A DNA stretch of 64,000 nucleotides from positions 35,836,001 through 35,900,000 of the forward strand of contig JBHGNT010000001.1 in assembly GCA_043228905.1 (NCBI GenBank), given 5' to 3'. The notes under the pieces are model-generated. The model searched no databases. It saw only the letters and a list, made by a program, of their open reading frames with translations, and was not told the origin of the DNA. The position numbers and the translations under genes are program-made. The stretch is from Azolla caroliniana. Lineage: Eukaryota; Plantae; Polypodiophyta. Position 1 is the stretch's first letter. Every line of letters begins with the position of its first letter. This document shows, one piece after another, positions 1 through 13,500 of this stretch.

Positions 1-68
1 GACCAAACTATTTGAATTTTAATAATGACTATTAAAACTGTCTTTGGAAATGTTTTATATTCCAACAT

Positions 69-2054
69 TTAATCTATTTTGACCGATGAAAATAGGTAGT
101 GAACGAACCAAAAAGATGTGAGAAACCCAACTGTACCGGTTGCAAGCATGATTGCCAATGCCATTAAGATCGAGTAACCAAGATATAATGTAGTTGAAAC
201 AGAACCGCTGAGGCTGCGCAGATCAAACACCAAATAGTTAAGGGCGTAGAGGAACACATAAAGGCCAACTGATCCCGATGCAAAGAAGGATTTCCACCAC
301 CATTGCCAATCTTCCACACACAAATGCATATAAGTGAGTACCACAGAGACCTCTGCGCAGACTATCACAAGCAGAAGCAAGACCACAAATAGGAACCCAA
401 AAACATAGTATACTCTGCCAAGCCAGATGCTTGACATAATGAAGAAAAGTTCAATAAACAATGTTCCGAATGGTAAGGTCCCTGCTCCAAGCACTAGGAG
501 CCATGATGGGTATTTCTGCTTTGGGATTTCTCTTGGAATCTGATTGGTTCGGACAGGATATTGTATATGTTCTGCCCTTGTACCCAAAAAGCCTCCCAAT
601 AATGTCAAAGGTACAGAGATGCAGAACCATAGCGCCAGAAGGATGAAAAATAAAGAGATTGGAATAGCACCAGTACTCTTACTGGCCCAAAGCAAGAAGT
701 TTAAGACCATCAGGATTCCAAAAGTGATGCCTGGGAAGAAGCATGCAACACGCCATGCAATGGATCTCCATCCATTAGAATCACCTTTGATAGTTCTCCA
801 TAGTCTCACAGCAACATATCCAGCAGCTATTCCAAGGATGAGATAGAGGATTATTATCCCAGACAGAAGCATGCCCCGTGAAGCCGGAGACATGAAACCA
901 AAGGCTGCAAAGAGGATTGTTACAATCCCCATCCCAGTAATCTGGATCCCATCTCCAATCATGATACATAGTAACTCAGCATGAGCTGGGGTCCTAAACA
1001 CATCTCCAACTACCAACTTCCAGCCAGATAATTCTTCTGCCATTTGTGCTTGGGCCTCTTTGTCTAATTCCTCGTATCTTGTTAGATCACGACGCACTGT
1101 CCTGAGGAATATAACAAACACAATTCCTGCGAGGAATAATATGACCATTAACGAGTTCAATATGGAGAACCAATGCACTCGGGAGCCATCCATCTTCAAA
1201 TACGCATCCCAACGAGAAGGCCACCTGATATCACTTTTTACAAAGTTTACTTGATAGGAAAAGACGATTTGCTCGCCTTCTTGGATACATTGCTGAGGAC
1301 CTTCATCACAGTCTACTGTAGGAGAAATATGGTCATACATATTAAGCTTCAAAATAGCCTCCTTATCTGCATGCCGAACACTACAAGGACTGACCTCAAA
1401 GCCAACCACCTGAAAACCTGAAGCATTTTTCCCACTCTCCACAGCAACAACGTCCAGGCCATCTCCAGTGCCCATCACACTGGTGACACCTGAGCTTTCA
1501 TACTCATGAATATAGACGATGAACCTCAAATGATTGATTATGCAGTGTTGCTTTTGGGCATCATCAAAGAAACCAACAGGAAATCCTGTCCATTGGAGAG
1601 TGGTTTCTCCTGTACTAATGTATCGGATGGCAGGCAGATTATCTAGCATGATGTTCACCTGATATAGGTCATTGATTCTTTGATTTAAAACCTTGACAGT
1701 GTCTGAACTGAGCTTAGGTGTAGTGCAAACATAGATGCTTGACTGATTAACATTCATATTAAACTTATAGGGAGAATTCTCAATGCGATCTCCCATAAGA
1801 AGTTCTCCGAGATTCTCAGCACTGTGCTTCTCGCCCTCAGCTGGCTTACAGAAAGGAAGGCTATAGTAGCTGAATGGAAGTTCAGTTTCGATTGACGTGA
1901 GAGAATTTACCATAACTGAGAGTGATTCGTTCAAGGCAAACTGTCTCATATAACTCCCAGGCAAGTAAAAAGCGTTGGCATTTAAAACACAAAGTGATAC
2001 AGCGATGTAAATCCATGACAATATGACTATTGAACATGATCTCACCGAAGCCAT
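69..2054 (-). CDS. TMN: Transmembrane 9 superfamily (TM9SF/EMP70/TMN11-12-like) protein; CDS without introns, 661 aa from ATG 2054
   Basis: Signal peptide followed by FYLPG; VNSLTSIETELPFSYYSLPFC; ENLGELLMGDRI; VHWFSILNS; EELSGWKLVVGDVFR; multiple TM helices; C-terminal KID fits the KxD/E Golgi-retention motif. The ORF-track start at 2066 is TTG; the first ATG is at 2054. Confidence 0.96.
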   Translation of the reverse strand: MASVRSCSIVILSWIYIAVSLCVLNANAFYLPGSYMRQFALNESLSVMVNSLTSIETELPFSYYSLPFCKPAEGEKHSAENLGELLMGDRIENSPYKFNMNVNQSSIYVCTTPKLSSDTVKVLNQRINDLYQVNIMLDNLPAIRYISTGETTLQWTGFPVGFFDDAQKQHCIINHLRFIVYIHEYESSGVTSVMGTGDGLDVVAVESGKNASGFQVVGFEVSPCSVRHADKEAILKLNMYDHISPTVDCDEGPQQCIQEGEQIVFSYQVNFVKSDIRWPSRWDAYLKMDGSRVHWFSILNSLMVILFLAGIVFVIFLRTVRRDLTRYEELDKEAQAQMAEELSGWKLVVGDVFRTPAHAELLCIMIGDGIQITGMGIVTILFAAFGFMSPASRGMLLSGIIILYLILGIAAGYVAVRLWRTIKGDSNGWRSIAWRVACFFPGITFGILMVLNFLLWASKSTGAIPISLFFILLALWFCISVPLTLLGGFLGTRAEHIQYPVRTNQIPREIPKQKYPSWLLVLGAGTLPFGTLFIELFFIMSSIWLGRVYYVFGFLFVVLLLLVIVCAEVSVVLTYMHLCVEDWQWWWKSFFASGSVGLYVFLYALNYLVFDLRSLSGSVSTTLYLGYSILMALAIMLATGTVGFLTSFWFVHYLFSSVKID

Positions 2055-2139
2055 TTCAGAGCTCAAAAAGCTTTGGGGTCGTATGAAAACTTATGTCAAG
2101 AAATTTGTGCAAACTAGGAGTCTCCTCACATTCTATTAC

Positions 2140-3210
2140 CTGCAATCCACAGTGAACATGTTGCTTAAATACAGGTTCAGAAAGATGCCAAAAATCTTCA
2201 TATTTCAACAATATAGAAGTTTTTAAGAACTAGAAGCCTTTTCGCGTCATCATTACCCTAACTCCTGCAACTCACAGAGAAGGAAGTTCCATATTCAGAG
2301 AGAATTCCTAAATATCTTAAGATTAACCCACATATGTTACAACTAGCTCCGAGGTCTGAAGATCCGAATAAGCAGTTGCAAGAAAAAAAAATTAGGGCTT
2401 TTCTGAGCCTGGTATATGAACTATCTAAACAGAAAGTTACAACATTTGGATTTTTACATCTTTTCTTGGGACAGCATATATACAATGTTGGAAGAAATTT
2501 GACTTTTCAGCTTTTTTGAAACCAATGTATGTGTTTGCACGCTTTCTCTAAGCATAGCAGATGTATGATCCCAGTAAATAATCATGAAAATTTCAGCTTT
2601 TTCAGATTTTCTTGGTACAGTATAATGACCCGCATACATGATTACAAGAGATTTGTCCTTGCATAGTATAGTGAATACCATCTATGCAGATTCAATCTAT
2701 AGAGTCCAAAGAAACTTGTTTTCTAGAACTATTTTTTGAAGAACCCGTGCATGATCTAAGTAGACAGTGGAACGAATTTTCCAAGCACGATCTATGTATG
2801 CGCCAAGTAGATAACTGTGTTAAACTTACGTTTCCATATTTTCTGAACACGATCTATGAGCAATCTATAGATCCAGGGAGTTTCACGTCCTTTATATGTT
2901 TTCGACACAAATATTTAGGGTTTTTATCAGATGGAGAGCATGCATAATTTTGAAGAATAACTCAGGAATTCCATCACTTCCTCTGCAATGGAATATTCTA
3001 CAGATGGATTCCTTCCTTTAAAGAAAAACTACTACAATTCTACACAGTGAAAAAAATTCTCCAACAGATGGAAAAGAAGCAAAAATAACAAGAAGATAGA
3101 CCGCAACATCAAATTAAAAAGTGAAACTGAAGGAAGCGAAGAGATGAACCGCATCGCATCGGATCGGATCAGATCAGTTGAAAAAAAAATGAATGCAAGA
3201 AGAGGAGTAC
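2140..3210 (-). other. Probable 5'UTR intron of the TM9SF gene
   Basis: Minus-strand donor CTCAG|GTACTC at 3210 and acceptor TTGCAG| at 2140. A CT-rich leader exon lies upstream (~3211-3330). Confidence 0.65.
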
Positions 3211-4597
3211 CTGAGAACGAGGAAGATGCAAGATTTGCTCTGTTGCTCTGCTACCTGTGACTGTGACTGTGTCTCTATCTCGATCGATCGATTGCGCGCA
3301 GTTGGGTCTGATATCAAGAAGAAGAAGAAAAAAGAACACTCAATTTTTACACTTAATTTCTTTTGTTCTGTTTTTTATTTTAGAGGCCCTGCCCTGTTTT
3401 TATGTTTACTTCATTTTAAGGGCCACTATTATTATATTATTCACATATGTGTCCATTGTAAGGCCATTTCACATGCCCATCTATATGTAAAATCTATCTA
3501 GTCTCTCTACTTATCAATATGTATTCATTCTTGGTGTCCCTAGATGTCCGATTACACACTTCTTGGAACACCACGTGGAGTAGTGGTTCCACGATTTCAT
3601 TTCTCCGCGTTTTTCAATTGCTTTCATGCACAATGAACAATGAACCTTGAAGTATATATACGATGACCATGTTTGGTGGCATGACACACTAGTTCGACTC
3701 TTGTACTTCCAAGGTGTTCAGTGTAGTTCGACACGCTTGAATAAATAGTTCCCTTAATATTTTCACTATACACTTATCGTTAATTTTCCAATATACTTCC
3801 CTTGGCTTTAACGTTGACTCATTCTTATTTTTTTGCCCTTCTTGGTTCTCAAGTCATTGGCTCGGTATTATTGCTTTCACTCTTTGGTAAAGTTTCAACC
3901 TCTATATTCTAATTTATCTACAAGCATCCACCTCCTTTGTGTAAGTTTGAAATGTTGACATGTCCCTTGCTAATTACATTTACACCATATCTATCATTAG
4001 GTAACGCTCTTCGATCTCAAATTTGCAGTTTTGGCAATTTTTTTTTGCAATGAATATGTTACCATAGGTACTTGCTCATAGATGATGGGCGATCCGACAA
4101 AGGTTATTAATAAATTTAATATTGGCTAGTTTATGCCTTACCATCGCCTCTTCCTCTCTATCCGGATATGCTTTAGCAGGATTTGTTGTTTTCACATTCC
4201 CGATTGAATCAATCCATTAACATTGAAAGCTCCTTAACTGGAATCGCTACATTCGAAAGCTCCTTAATTGGATGCTTCGGGGTAGGCTTATATGAGGCCA
4301 TTCATCGTTGGCCGAGCAGCTTGGGGGCAACAAGACTCAAGGAGGGGGTCCTCGGAAGTCATACATACCAAGAGTTCCTTTATAATCACCGGGAGCATCC
4401 AAAATTTTGTACTTTTGGGACATTAGGAAAATTTGGAAAGTAATGGGTAAACACATACATATGTACTACATACATACATACATGGTATATTATTATTATG
4501 CTTCCATTTTCTTCTCTCTTTCTTCTTCTTCTTCTTCTTCTTCTTCTTAAACGTAACCTCCTCCTCCTCCTCCTGCCTCGCTCGCTCTGCGTCTGTC

Positions 4598-7500
4598 ATG
4601 ATGGTCGTCATGGACATGGACGCGCACATGGGCTTCGCCCATCCATCCTTCCTTTCCTTCTGCCTCACTTTGGCGTTAGGCCTCACATTGACCTTCACCT
4701 CCGATGGGGCCAGCGCTGCCATCCTCTCCAAGAGCAACATCGAGAAGTGTGACAAGAGAAGCTCCAAAGAGATGAAATGCAGACAGAAGATCGTCATCCA
4801 GCTTGCAGTGGCTGCAGGAAAGGTATAGGCCCTTCATGCTTCTCTATCATGCATGCATGCATCCTGTATCATTGTTCACACGTACTATATAGGAAAGTAC
4901 TATAGTGTCTCACTCATTGGTCCTCCATGTTGACGGACTGGTGTGATCAGTCCTTCGAAATGGAATGATGACTGAGACAATCTTATTATGTATATACTAC
5001 TTGTGTACAATCATCAGAATGAGGTTGCTTGACAGTTCTGATAATGTTTTGGAATAGTTACTACAAAATCCTCTCTTTTTTCCATCGAAAAGAAAAAGAG
5101 AAAAAAAAACATCTCTCGGACAACAGCTTTTTAGTTTAGAAGGTAAAACCAGATGTACTATATTGTCTTCAATGAATGGGCTTCGTTATATGTCGTCTTT
5201 ATGCTTGCCAGTGCAATATACTATAGCGGCAAACATTCTCTTCCGAGGGTTTGTCATAGGTGACTATCTCATATATACATAAATCTCTTTTAGAATTGGT
5301 GGTATTGCTTTATGGTATATTGAGAAGAGCCAAGGATTGTACATTTTCTCGGCTCATTCCACCTCTTTGACTCCAGACACTATATGGTGTGAGCTCTTTC
5401 ATTCCTGCCTTGGGTGATGCTTTCTCTGTCTCCTCATCGAAGGGCTGCTAAAGGAAGGTTTCCTTCACTTCTTGGAGACCCTATTTCTCTTCCCTTTGAT
5501 TCACCTCTTGGATACATAGTTTGCTGGTATACCCCCCCCCCCCCCCCCCCCCCCCCCCCTCTCAGAGGTTCATTTTGAACTGCTCCATAGGTTCTCATTG
5601 GGATGCTGGAGTTGTGGGGCTTGCACATATTGTTTTTCTATAGCTATCACAGGCCATTTGGCAATGTTATTCGTACAGTTAATGTAAAGCCCCATATTTT
5701 ACTAAAGAAAACATGCTCATGCACATGCATCATGTATTTTAGCCATTTGATTGTATACATTAACCAACAGTTGCTTGTATGGCTGTTAAATCAATATTAT
5801 AGATTGTCAACTTCAGTGCCTTGGTGAATGAAAGCCCAAAATTAAAAAAGTCATGGCGATTGTGGTGATTCGAAACAAAATATAATTTAGCAAGATCCTG
5901 CTCAAGCATAGCAGTTTATTCGCGAGCGTGTTTAAATTTAGCAAATAAGTGAATAGGGAAATACTAATATTATTGTAGATCTGTTGCATTTTCTGAATTG
6001 TTGGTGATTGTGTTTAGAGATTTGAATACTTTTCTTGCTTTCCATCCAATGCATAAATATAACCAATATTAAAATTTCAGGATTCTGGTGAAGATGAAAT
6101 CAGTGCTACCATTGATACTGTGTCGAATGGTTCTAATGTTCAGTCTCTACAAGATCCTCAAGTGATCAAACTATCAAAATCAAACGTGGGCTATGCCTAT
6201 CCATTAGAATATCTCCAGGTTCTTGTCAAAATTAATTGTTTTTGATATGTGCGCGCATATTTACCTATTTTCAAAAATATTATTTGTTTTATTCACCATT
6301 TGAGAAGTTGCTAACATCTTATCACCAGAACAATTAGGATTTAGTTAGCACTAGTGAGAAAAAGTTCGTTTTAAAATGCACTTTTTGGAAACTTTTTGCA
6401 TGTCATGAATTCGATTTGACATTCAAGTACAGATTCAGTGCTCCTCATCTGAAATGCATGCTTTGGCAGAACTTTAATAGACAACCATATGAGGAAGCAC
6501 GACAAGTTAACAAATGCAATCCAGACGATTGTTGGGATCGGTATGTTTATAAGCCCTTTGCATGATGTAATACCTTTTCATTCTTTCAAATAGTTTTTTC
6601 AGTAGTGCTTCAATTTCTGGAAGACATGTCAAAGCTTATGTTGGTACACAAACAATAACTGTTTCAGTCATGATAGATGACGTTTGTTTATCAATATTGG
6701 GTGGCATTATGCATATCCACTTCAATGTACTTGCAGAAAGAAATACAACTCATTGAAATGATATTTTTCTTACCTTGTAACATTGTCTTGCATATTGTTA
6801 TAAACACTTTGTATGAAAAATCATTTTCTTGGATTGCTTGTAATTTCTCCAGGAATCTGAGTAAAGAACAGAAGACATCAAAATGGGTAAAATTTATCCC
6901 CTTTTCTGTATTCCCCTCTTGGAGAAGGGTTTCCTTTATATTTTTGTGATATTATTTGCATATATGATGTTCATGTCTATGTTTTGTTTTTTCATTCTTC
7001 AAAAAGTTTTACGACGCACTTTGTTTGTTAATAGGGCATATGCTGTAATTGCGGTGGAAAATCAGTTCATCGTGGACTTAAAATTGATTGTGGATTCTCC
7101 AGCTTCAGTAATGAATTAATCTTTTACAGTTTTATACACCATTTTAAGTATTAATGTAGCTAGGTGAAGTAATTTTAGTATATTGGATTTAATCTTTATT
7201 TCTGAAATATGCTTATAATTCCTTATGTTTCTGCTCCATCTCTTGAACTGTAGTTAAGATAGAGATAAAATGTGTAGTCTGAAAAATGCTGTATTACTGA
7301 TGAAGAGATTTTTCTTCAGCTATACCCGCCTGATTTTTTTGTTTACTTTGTCGTCTTCTCCAAAGCCTATATTCATTTGGTGGTTTTAAAAAGATTTTCT
7401 TTTTTGACACGGAAGCTGTGGAAGCATGAAATGTTTACTGTTGGTTCTTTCTCTCTTTCTTCCCTCAACTCAAATGTCTCTTCACTGCTAGAATATCTTC

Positions 7501-10500
7501 CACTCAAGGGGAGATTACCACTGCCACTTCGAACAAGGTTTTGGCCACCCCATAGGATGTGAATATCAATGACGCTTGGAACTGCTCTGCTAGAAATCAA
7601 GACAGAGAGAGAAGTTGTTGAAGGACAACAATGCAACCACAACATCATCAGCAAACAACTATTGCAATCTTGAATAGCTCTAACATTCCTCATGCCATAA
7701 GTGAACCAAGGGCTACATGTAGGATTTTTGGTCACAACATTTGAAAGGGGTGAACAATTTATCGTGTACATAGATGTCGATATTACCACCATTGGCATTG
7801 ATAAATAAAGACCATTATCTCCCGCCATCGCAGGTGCTTCCCTCTCTTTGGAGACCTCTCCATTCGGGATCGACCTATGCAATATATCTTTTGAAGACAA
7901 ACATGTATAGACAAACATGTATAGATGATGAAATTCTTTAGTCGTGTCTTATTCTATTCCTATCTACATTTTTAATTAGGTACGCTTATTTTGGTTTGTT
8001 CTCAAAGCAGAGACAATATTTTAAGATGTTATCTCTTGTTTGGTCTTATAGCCCATTTTGGCCTCTTAAAAGGCGGTAAGATATCCTTTTTCCATTCTTT
8101 ACCCATCTATCTCATTCACACTGTAGTGGGTTAGGGAAGCTCATGACCTCTTTGTATCAGCTAGACATTAAGAGGTGGATATGTACATATATCTATGGAA
8201 GAATGGATTGGTCCATTGTGCCATCATGGAGAGGAAATGGGAAAAACACCATGTTTGGTATCATATTGTTTTTTTATGCAACAAGAGGGAGATATTGTTG
8301 GCTCTTCAAATGGCTCTGCTTGTTTTTCATGCAACAAGAGGGAGATACCATTGCCTCTTCGAACGGCTGCACTACACAATGTAGTGGAATACTGAAAAAC
8401 CAATGGTGCTTTTGATTGCTGTTGCTAGAACTCAAGAGGCATAGTGAGAAGTTGTTGAAGAACAATAATATAACCACAATAGCTCATTGACGAAGAACCA
8501 TCACAACTTTCTTCAGCTCCATCACTCCTTCTCATCAATAGTTAACACAAGTGGAAACTTGACTCGGCCACTTGAATGGGACTAAAATAGATTGGGTAAT
8601 AGTAATTCATTATGTACGAAGGCCCTGAACATCTTGACAAGGACCCCATTAACCTTGACATCAAAAGATAAAGGCCATTATCATCCACACCAAAGATGCT
8701 TACCTCACTTTTGAAATCTCTCCATCTTGGATCGGCCCATTATGGAGATCTTTCAAAGGCAGAAGTTTCAGTTTGTGTAAACTCAAAATCTTAAGTGTTT
8801 AGCTAACAATACTCCTCGGTATTTATATTTAGTTATATTTATTAATTTGGGTCTGTTCTTTAAAATGAGACAATATTTTAATGTGTAATCACTTGTTCCA
8901 TCTCATAGGCCATTTTGGCTTCTTAAAAAGTGCTAATCCATCTGTCTTTCTTTATTAGAGTGCTATTTAAGACTTGAAGTTTTTCATAAACCTCAAATAT
9001 CTAATAAAGCCAATCATTTCACAGTTTTTTGTACTGGTTTGAATATTTTATCAAGCCGTGATTGATTTTTTAATTCATTTCGATTTATTATTGCCTTGTC
9101 ATTTTAGTGAATCCTACAAAGAAAGGGTCAAGGCATTGTGTTAGATGGCATCCACAATGGTGAAATTTTACATTATACTCAGTTTGAACTTAGTATATTC
9201 CATTAAATGATTTAATGTGATACAATAAAATTGATTTAATGAGGTGCTTTGCTTTGCTAAAATGTAAAAATATAATGGGGCCATGGTTCCTATATCATTG
9301 TACGATAATCACAATCTGGTTACGTAGTTTACTCTATTTTACCATACTTTTGGTCTCATAGGTCACTTTGGCTTTTTGAGGGTCTTAATGTAAGATTTCA
9401 AATCATATCATTTGTTTCTATTATCATTAGAAGAAAGAAATATATATTACCATTAGAGTGAATCAGGAGTGATTAATCATTTTAACTCCAAGAAAGAAAG
9501 ATTCTATTATAATTGTTGGTTCTAGAAAGTAAGTTTTATTGTTCTTACTAGATCTCAAAAGATATAGAGAGCTATTATGGGGGGAATCGGAATTGTGATG
9601 TCTTTTATGAAATAAAAGGGAGATCCCACAGCCTCTTCAAACAAGACTTTGGCCTGCTACATGAGTAATGGAATACAAAGATTGACATTGCTTGGGATGT
9701 TCTTACTAGAACTTGAGAAGCATAGGAAGAAAGCTATATTAATGTCCTTTAAGGCAATTTTCTGTAGCTCTATCATTTGTTCTCATGCTACAGGTCAATC
9801 AAGGGCTACACAAGTGGGATCTTGACCAAGATACTTGAAAAGTGCTGCAATAGATCAGATAATAGCAAATTTCTGTGTATGTCAGCCTTGACCATTTGGA
9901 CCATGATTTTGTCACCCTGTCATCTACAGATAAAGACCATTATCACTTGGTACTAAAGGTGCTTCCCTTGCTTCGGGGACCTCTCCATCTTGGATTGGCC
10001 CATGTTGGTGATCTTCCAAATGCGGAAGTTTTTATCTTATGTGAGTTTAGAACATTCAGTTCATACCTAACAAGAATCTTTTGCAATTTATATTTAGCTA
10101 TATTTAATTTGATTTGTTCTCGCAGATGAGACAATGTTTTATGATGGAATCTGTCGTTTGGTTTCATAGACCATTAAGAAATATGTATTAACATATTTCT
10201 TTCTTTCTGTATCAGCAAAGATGTGATACTAGAACTTGATAGAATTAAAGTGGTAAGGTTTAAGATCAATCAAGCACAGGTAACAAGATCAGAATTAGAA
10301 TTCTTCTTGTGAGAGGAGAAAAGTTGCATATACACGAATCTATGCATGCCGAAAAATAGCATTCATATGGCCTTAGTTCTCCATACATGAGAGTACTTGT
10401 GCAAAACTTTCTTGTGGATATGGAGCCATTGTGCCATCCAAGCTTAGAATGTATAGTGCATCTGAACTTAGAGTGTTTAAGTTTTAATTTTTCTAAGCTG

Positions 10501-13500
10501 AGGCTATTTTAAGGTCATATCTAGTGACAATATTTGGTACCTTAGGTAGTTTTAGTAATTTAAATGCGTTAATTTTGGTTAGTTCTAGAAGACGAGACAA
10601 CGTTTTAAAGATGCAATTCTTGTTCGGTCTCACAAACCATTTTATCCTTTCAAAGAAAATATTAATGGAGGAGAGATATTCATATGATCACCTCGTTGTT
10701 TGATAGGTTTCCAACATTCATGATTGGTTGGGCCACAATGAAGTTTCATATCTACGTTGACATCTCCATTGGTGCTGGAAATTCTATGGTATGGAAATTT
10801 GGGTACCATGATTTTCAAAGTTTACTATGGAAATACTTATTATATGCATTTTAAATGGAAAGAATGAAACAAATTCTTCAATGAAAAATTTGTGCCTCCT
10901 TTCTGCAAGTAAAATGATAAATTATATTGTGTGATAATGGAAGTGTTAGATATAGTCAATGATCACCCCAAGTTGTCAGTCTATCCCCACATGTATACTT
11001 AGAGTGAAGATTTTGTGACAGCACCACAAATGAAGAGTAGCTATAGTGCAACCAGACTATATGGGTCGATGAGTTGTCAATGTGGGAAATTGTAGATGAG
11101 TTGGACAGAATCTATGTAGGAAAGAGGGAACTGGGGTAATGGGATTGACTAGTCTGGTTGACGTAAAGAATAATCTGGCAGGTTAAGATGTACTTTATCT
11201 TGAAGTATGTATTGGTGAATTTAAGATTAGTACTATCTAGCACTAGCTTATATCCATGGAGCTCGATCATATTAAATGACAAGTTAGTTGTTAGAAAAGG
11301 AGTATCCCACTATTATCAAGTGAGTTTCACATTTAATATGACAATAAGACCAAACACAGAATATAAATATCCACTCTCTTTCTCTTACACAACTGTTGTG
11401 ACTATTATCCGTGTCAACTAACTCTGTAGTCAACTAGCCCAGATCCCATCTAAGCTCTAAGGTCTGAATGCACAGGAGGACTACTATTGCGAGCTACTCT
11501 CATATATAATAGAAAGTTTGTATTGACTCATATACATCTCTATATGCCTATCTAGTTGATTCTGAATATTTGTAACAGAAAGTCCAAATGTTGTACTGGC
11601 AATGTCTTTGAGAAAGTTTACATTCCTGTTGCACCCTAAAGAAGTCTCAGTAAATAAGTTAATGACAAATATGTCTATCTTCAACCAGATGGGAAATATT
11701 ACATTGTGTGATGTTGAAAGTCCCAACATGGCATAGGCAATGTCTTTTTGAAAGTTTGCTTAGCTTTCAGGGTACACATGGTTGCGCTCTAAAGAAGTTT
11801 CAGTTTAAGACAAATATCCTAAATGATGCAGAGATAATCATGCTCATGACTAGTGCTATACTTGTGCTGTCTGATGTTGTAATTTGTTATGATAGATTGT
11901 GATGCTCGTGGATAACAACATTGGGGGGGGTGTGGTTGCAAGATTTTTGTCCAGATGGTTTCTATGGGAGCGTTCTATTATAAGATGCCAGATAAAGAGG
12001 ACACAGATTTATGAGCAAGACATATTGGTGGCAATTGATGTGCTTAGCATGGGCGTTGCATTTTAGACTGATAATTCTTTTCTCACTTGGATGAATTTTG
12101 TGAGAAGCACCTGCTATAGTGGCCTTTTTTTCTCTCATGTCGAATTGTGCACATTGGGGAAGGCCTAAACCCTGTGATCAGGGAAATTCAGCTCCATTAC
12201 TCATTCCTCATACTTCAATACTCCCATGGGGAGTAAGAGGGATAGAATTACTCTCATCCTGTTCCAACCTTGCGAAGTAAGCTCATGGGCTTTTATCCTA
12301 CCTCATGCTGAGATAGATTTCCATTAGTTAGATTATGAAATTTCCTGTTTCCAGGCTTGAAATGGTGAGTGTAAGACAGTGCCAAAATAGCAGTAACCCT
12401 TTTGAAAAGGAGGTGATGCAGGCACACCTTCTATCCTAGTTACCTTCAAGCCTGATTGTTTGCTCGTGAAATTAATATGAACGTTTCCCAGATAACTGGA
12501 AGAAGGAAACATCATGTCTGCATGAAAGCTTTTGAAAAGTAGAAAATGAGCAGCTCAGCCAGATTAATGTACTGCAACAGCTCTTTCTGTTTGCTGTCTT
12601 TTGTTGTTGGTATGCTTTCTTATATTTAAGGTAAAGGCTACTTGGCATTCCAGTCTCATTGTGTGCTCTGGTGGTTTATGGGAGTTGCAACTGGGTTCTA
12701 ATTTTATTGTGTATTTAGAATATATTGTTTTTAATTCATGTTTGGGTGTTTTGTTGTTTGTGTCTAGACAAGGCTGGATTTGAGTCCAAACAATCTAATA
12801 AATGCCAATAAGGATCGGACAGTTATTGCAAGACTTGAAGGAGATTTGGTGTCTTATAAGCAACCTCCCACATTCGGTGGTGTATATTTGTCACATCCTG
12901 CATTTCCGGTAATAATAGTCAATTCAACAATGCTATTTAATCAATAAAAAGTGCAATTTGAATGCATTTCAAAATTATGCAGACCTTCTTGACCATTAGT
13001 ATGAAATCTTACCATCTGCATGTACATCAAACAGCAACATGTTTTCTCAACTTAAATTTTTGTAAAGGCATTATTACAAATATCATGTTACTAAAAACTA
13101 TTTGGGTTTGCAGAAGGGTATCAATGCATCAGAATGGCTAATCATTGACCGCCATAAGTATTCAGAGTCAGGTGCAGTTTGTGATCTAATAGGCACATCA
13201 TATAGAGCTTTTGTTACAGTCAACTCACCTTGTACAAGGAGAGTGGGATATTGTTTATCATATCAATTGGGTGATTTTATCAAGGTAATTTAGTGTAAAA
13301 GAAATGAATCATGCATTATTAATAGGTTTTTTCTGTAGCCAGATATATCAAAACAACGAGGTAAATGTTTTCTTGTGATTACAGGCTGACTTTGATCGAA
13401 TGGTTAAGGGACTTCAACCAATTTATTCAGTAGCACGCTATGGAGCAGTTCATCATAGTAAAGATGTATGTACACTTTTACTATGCAAACTGATCAGACT

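Noticed and set aside
461-1421. Several + strand ORFs of 61-100 aa
   Set aside because: Antisense shadows of the TM9SF coding sequence.
4423-4797. ORFs with poly-K/poly-E or poly-L tracts
   Set aside because: Produced by (CTT)n/(CCT)n microsatellites in the HAP2 5' leader and by antisense or alternative frames of exon 1.
7373-7918. 181-aa minus-strand ORF nested in a HAP2 intron
   Set aside because: Antisense reading of a degenerate RTE-LINE 3' copy; sister copies are not open in this frame.
11896-12054. Candidate extra HAP2 exon
   Set aside because: No HAP2 similarity, and the model is complete and in phase without it.
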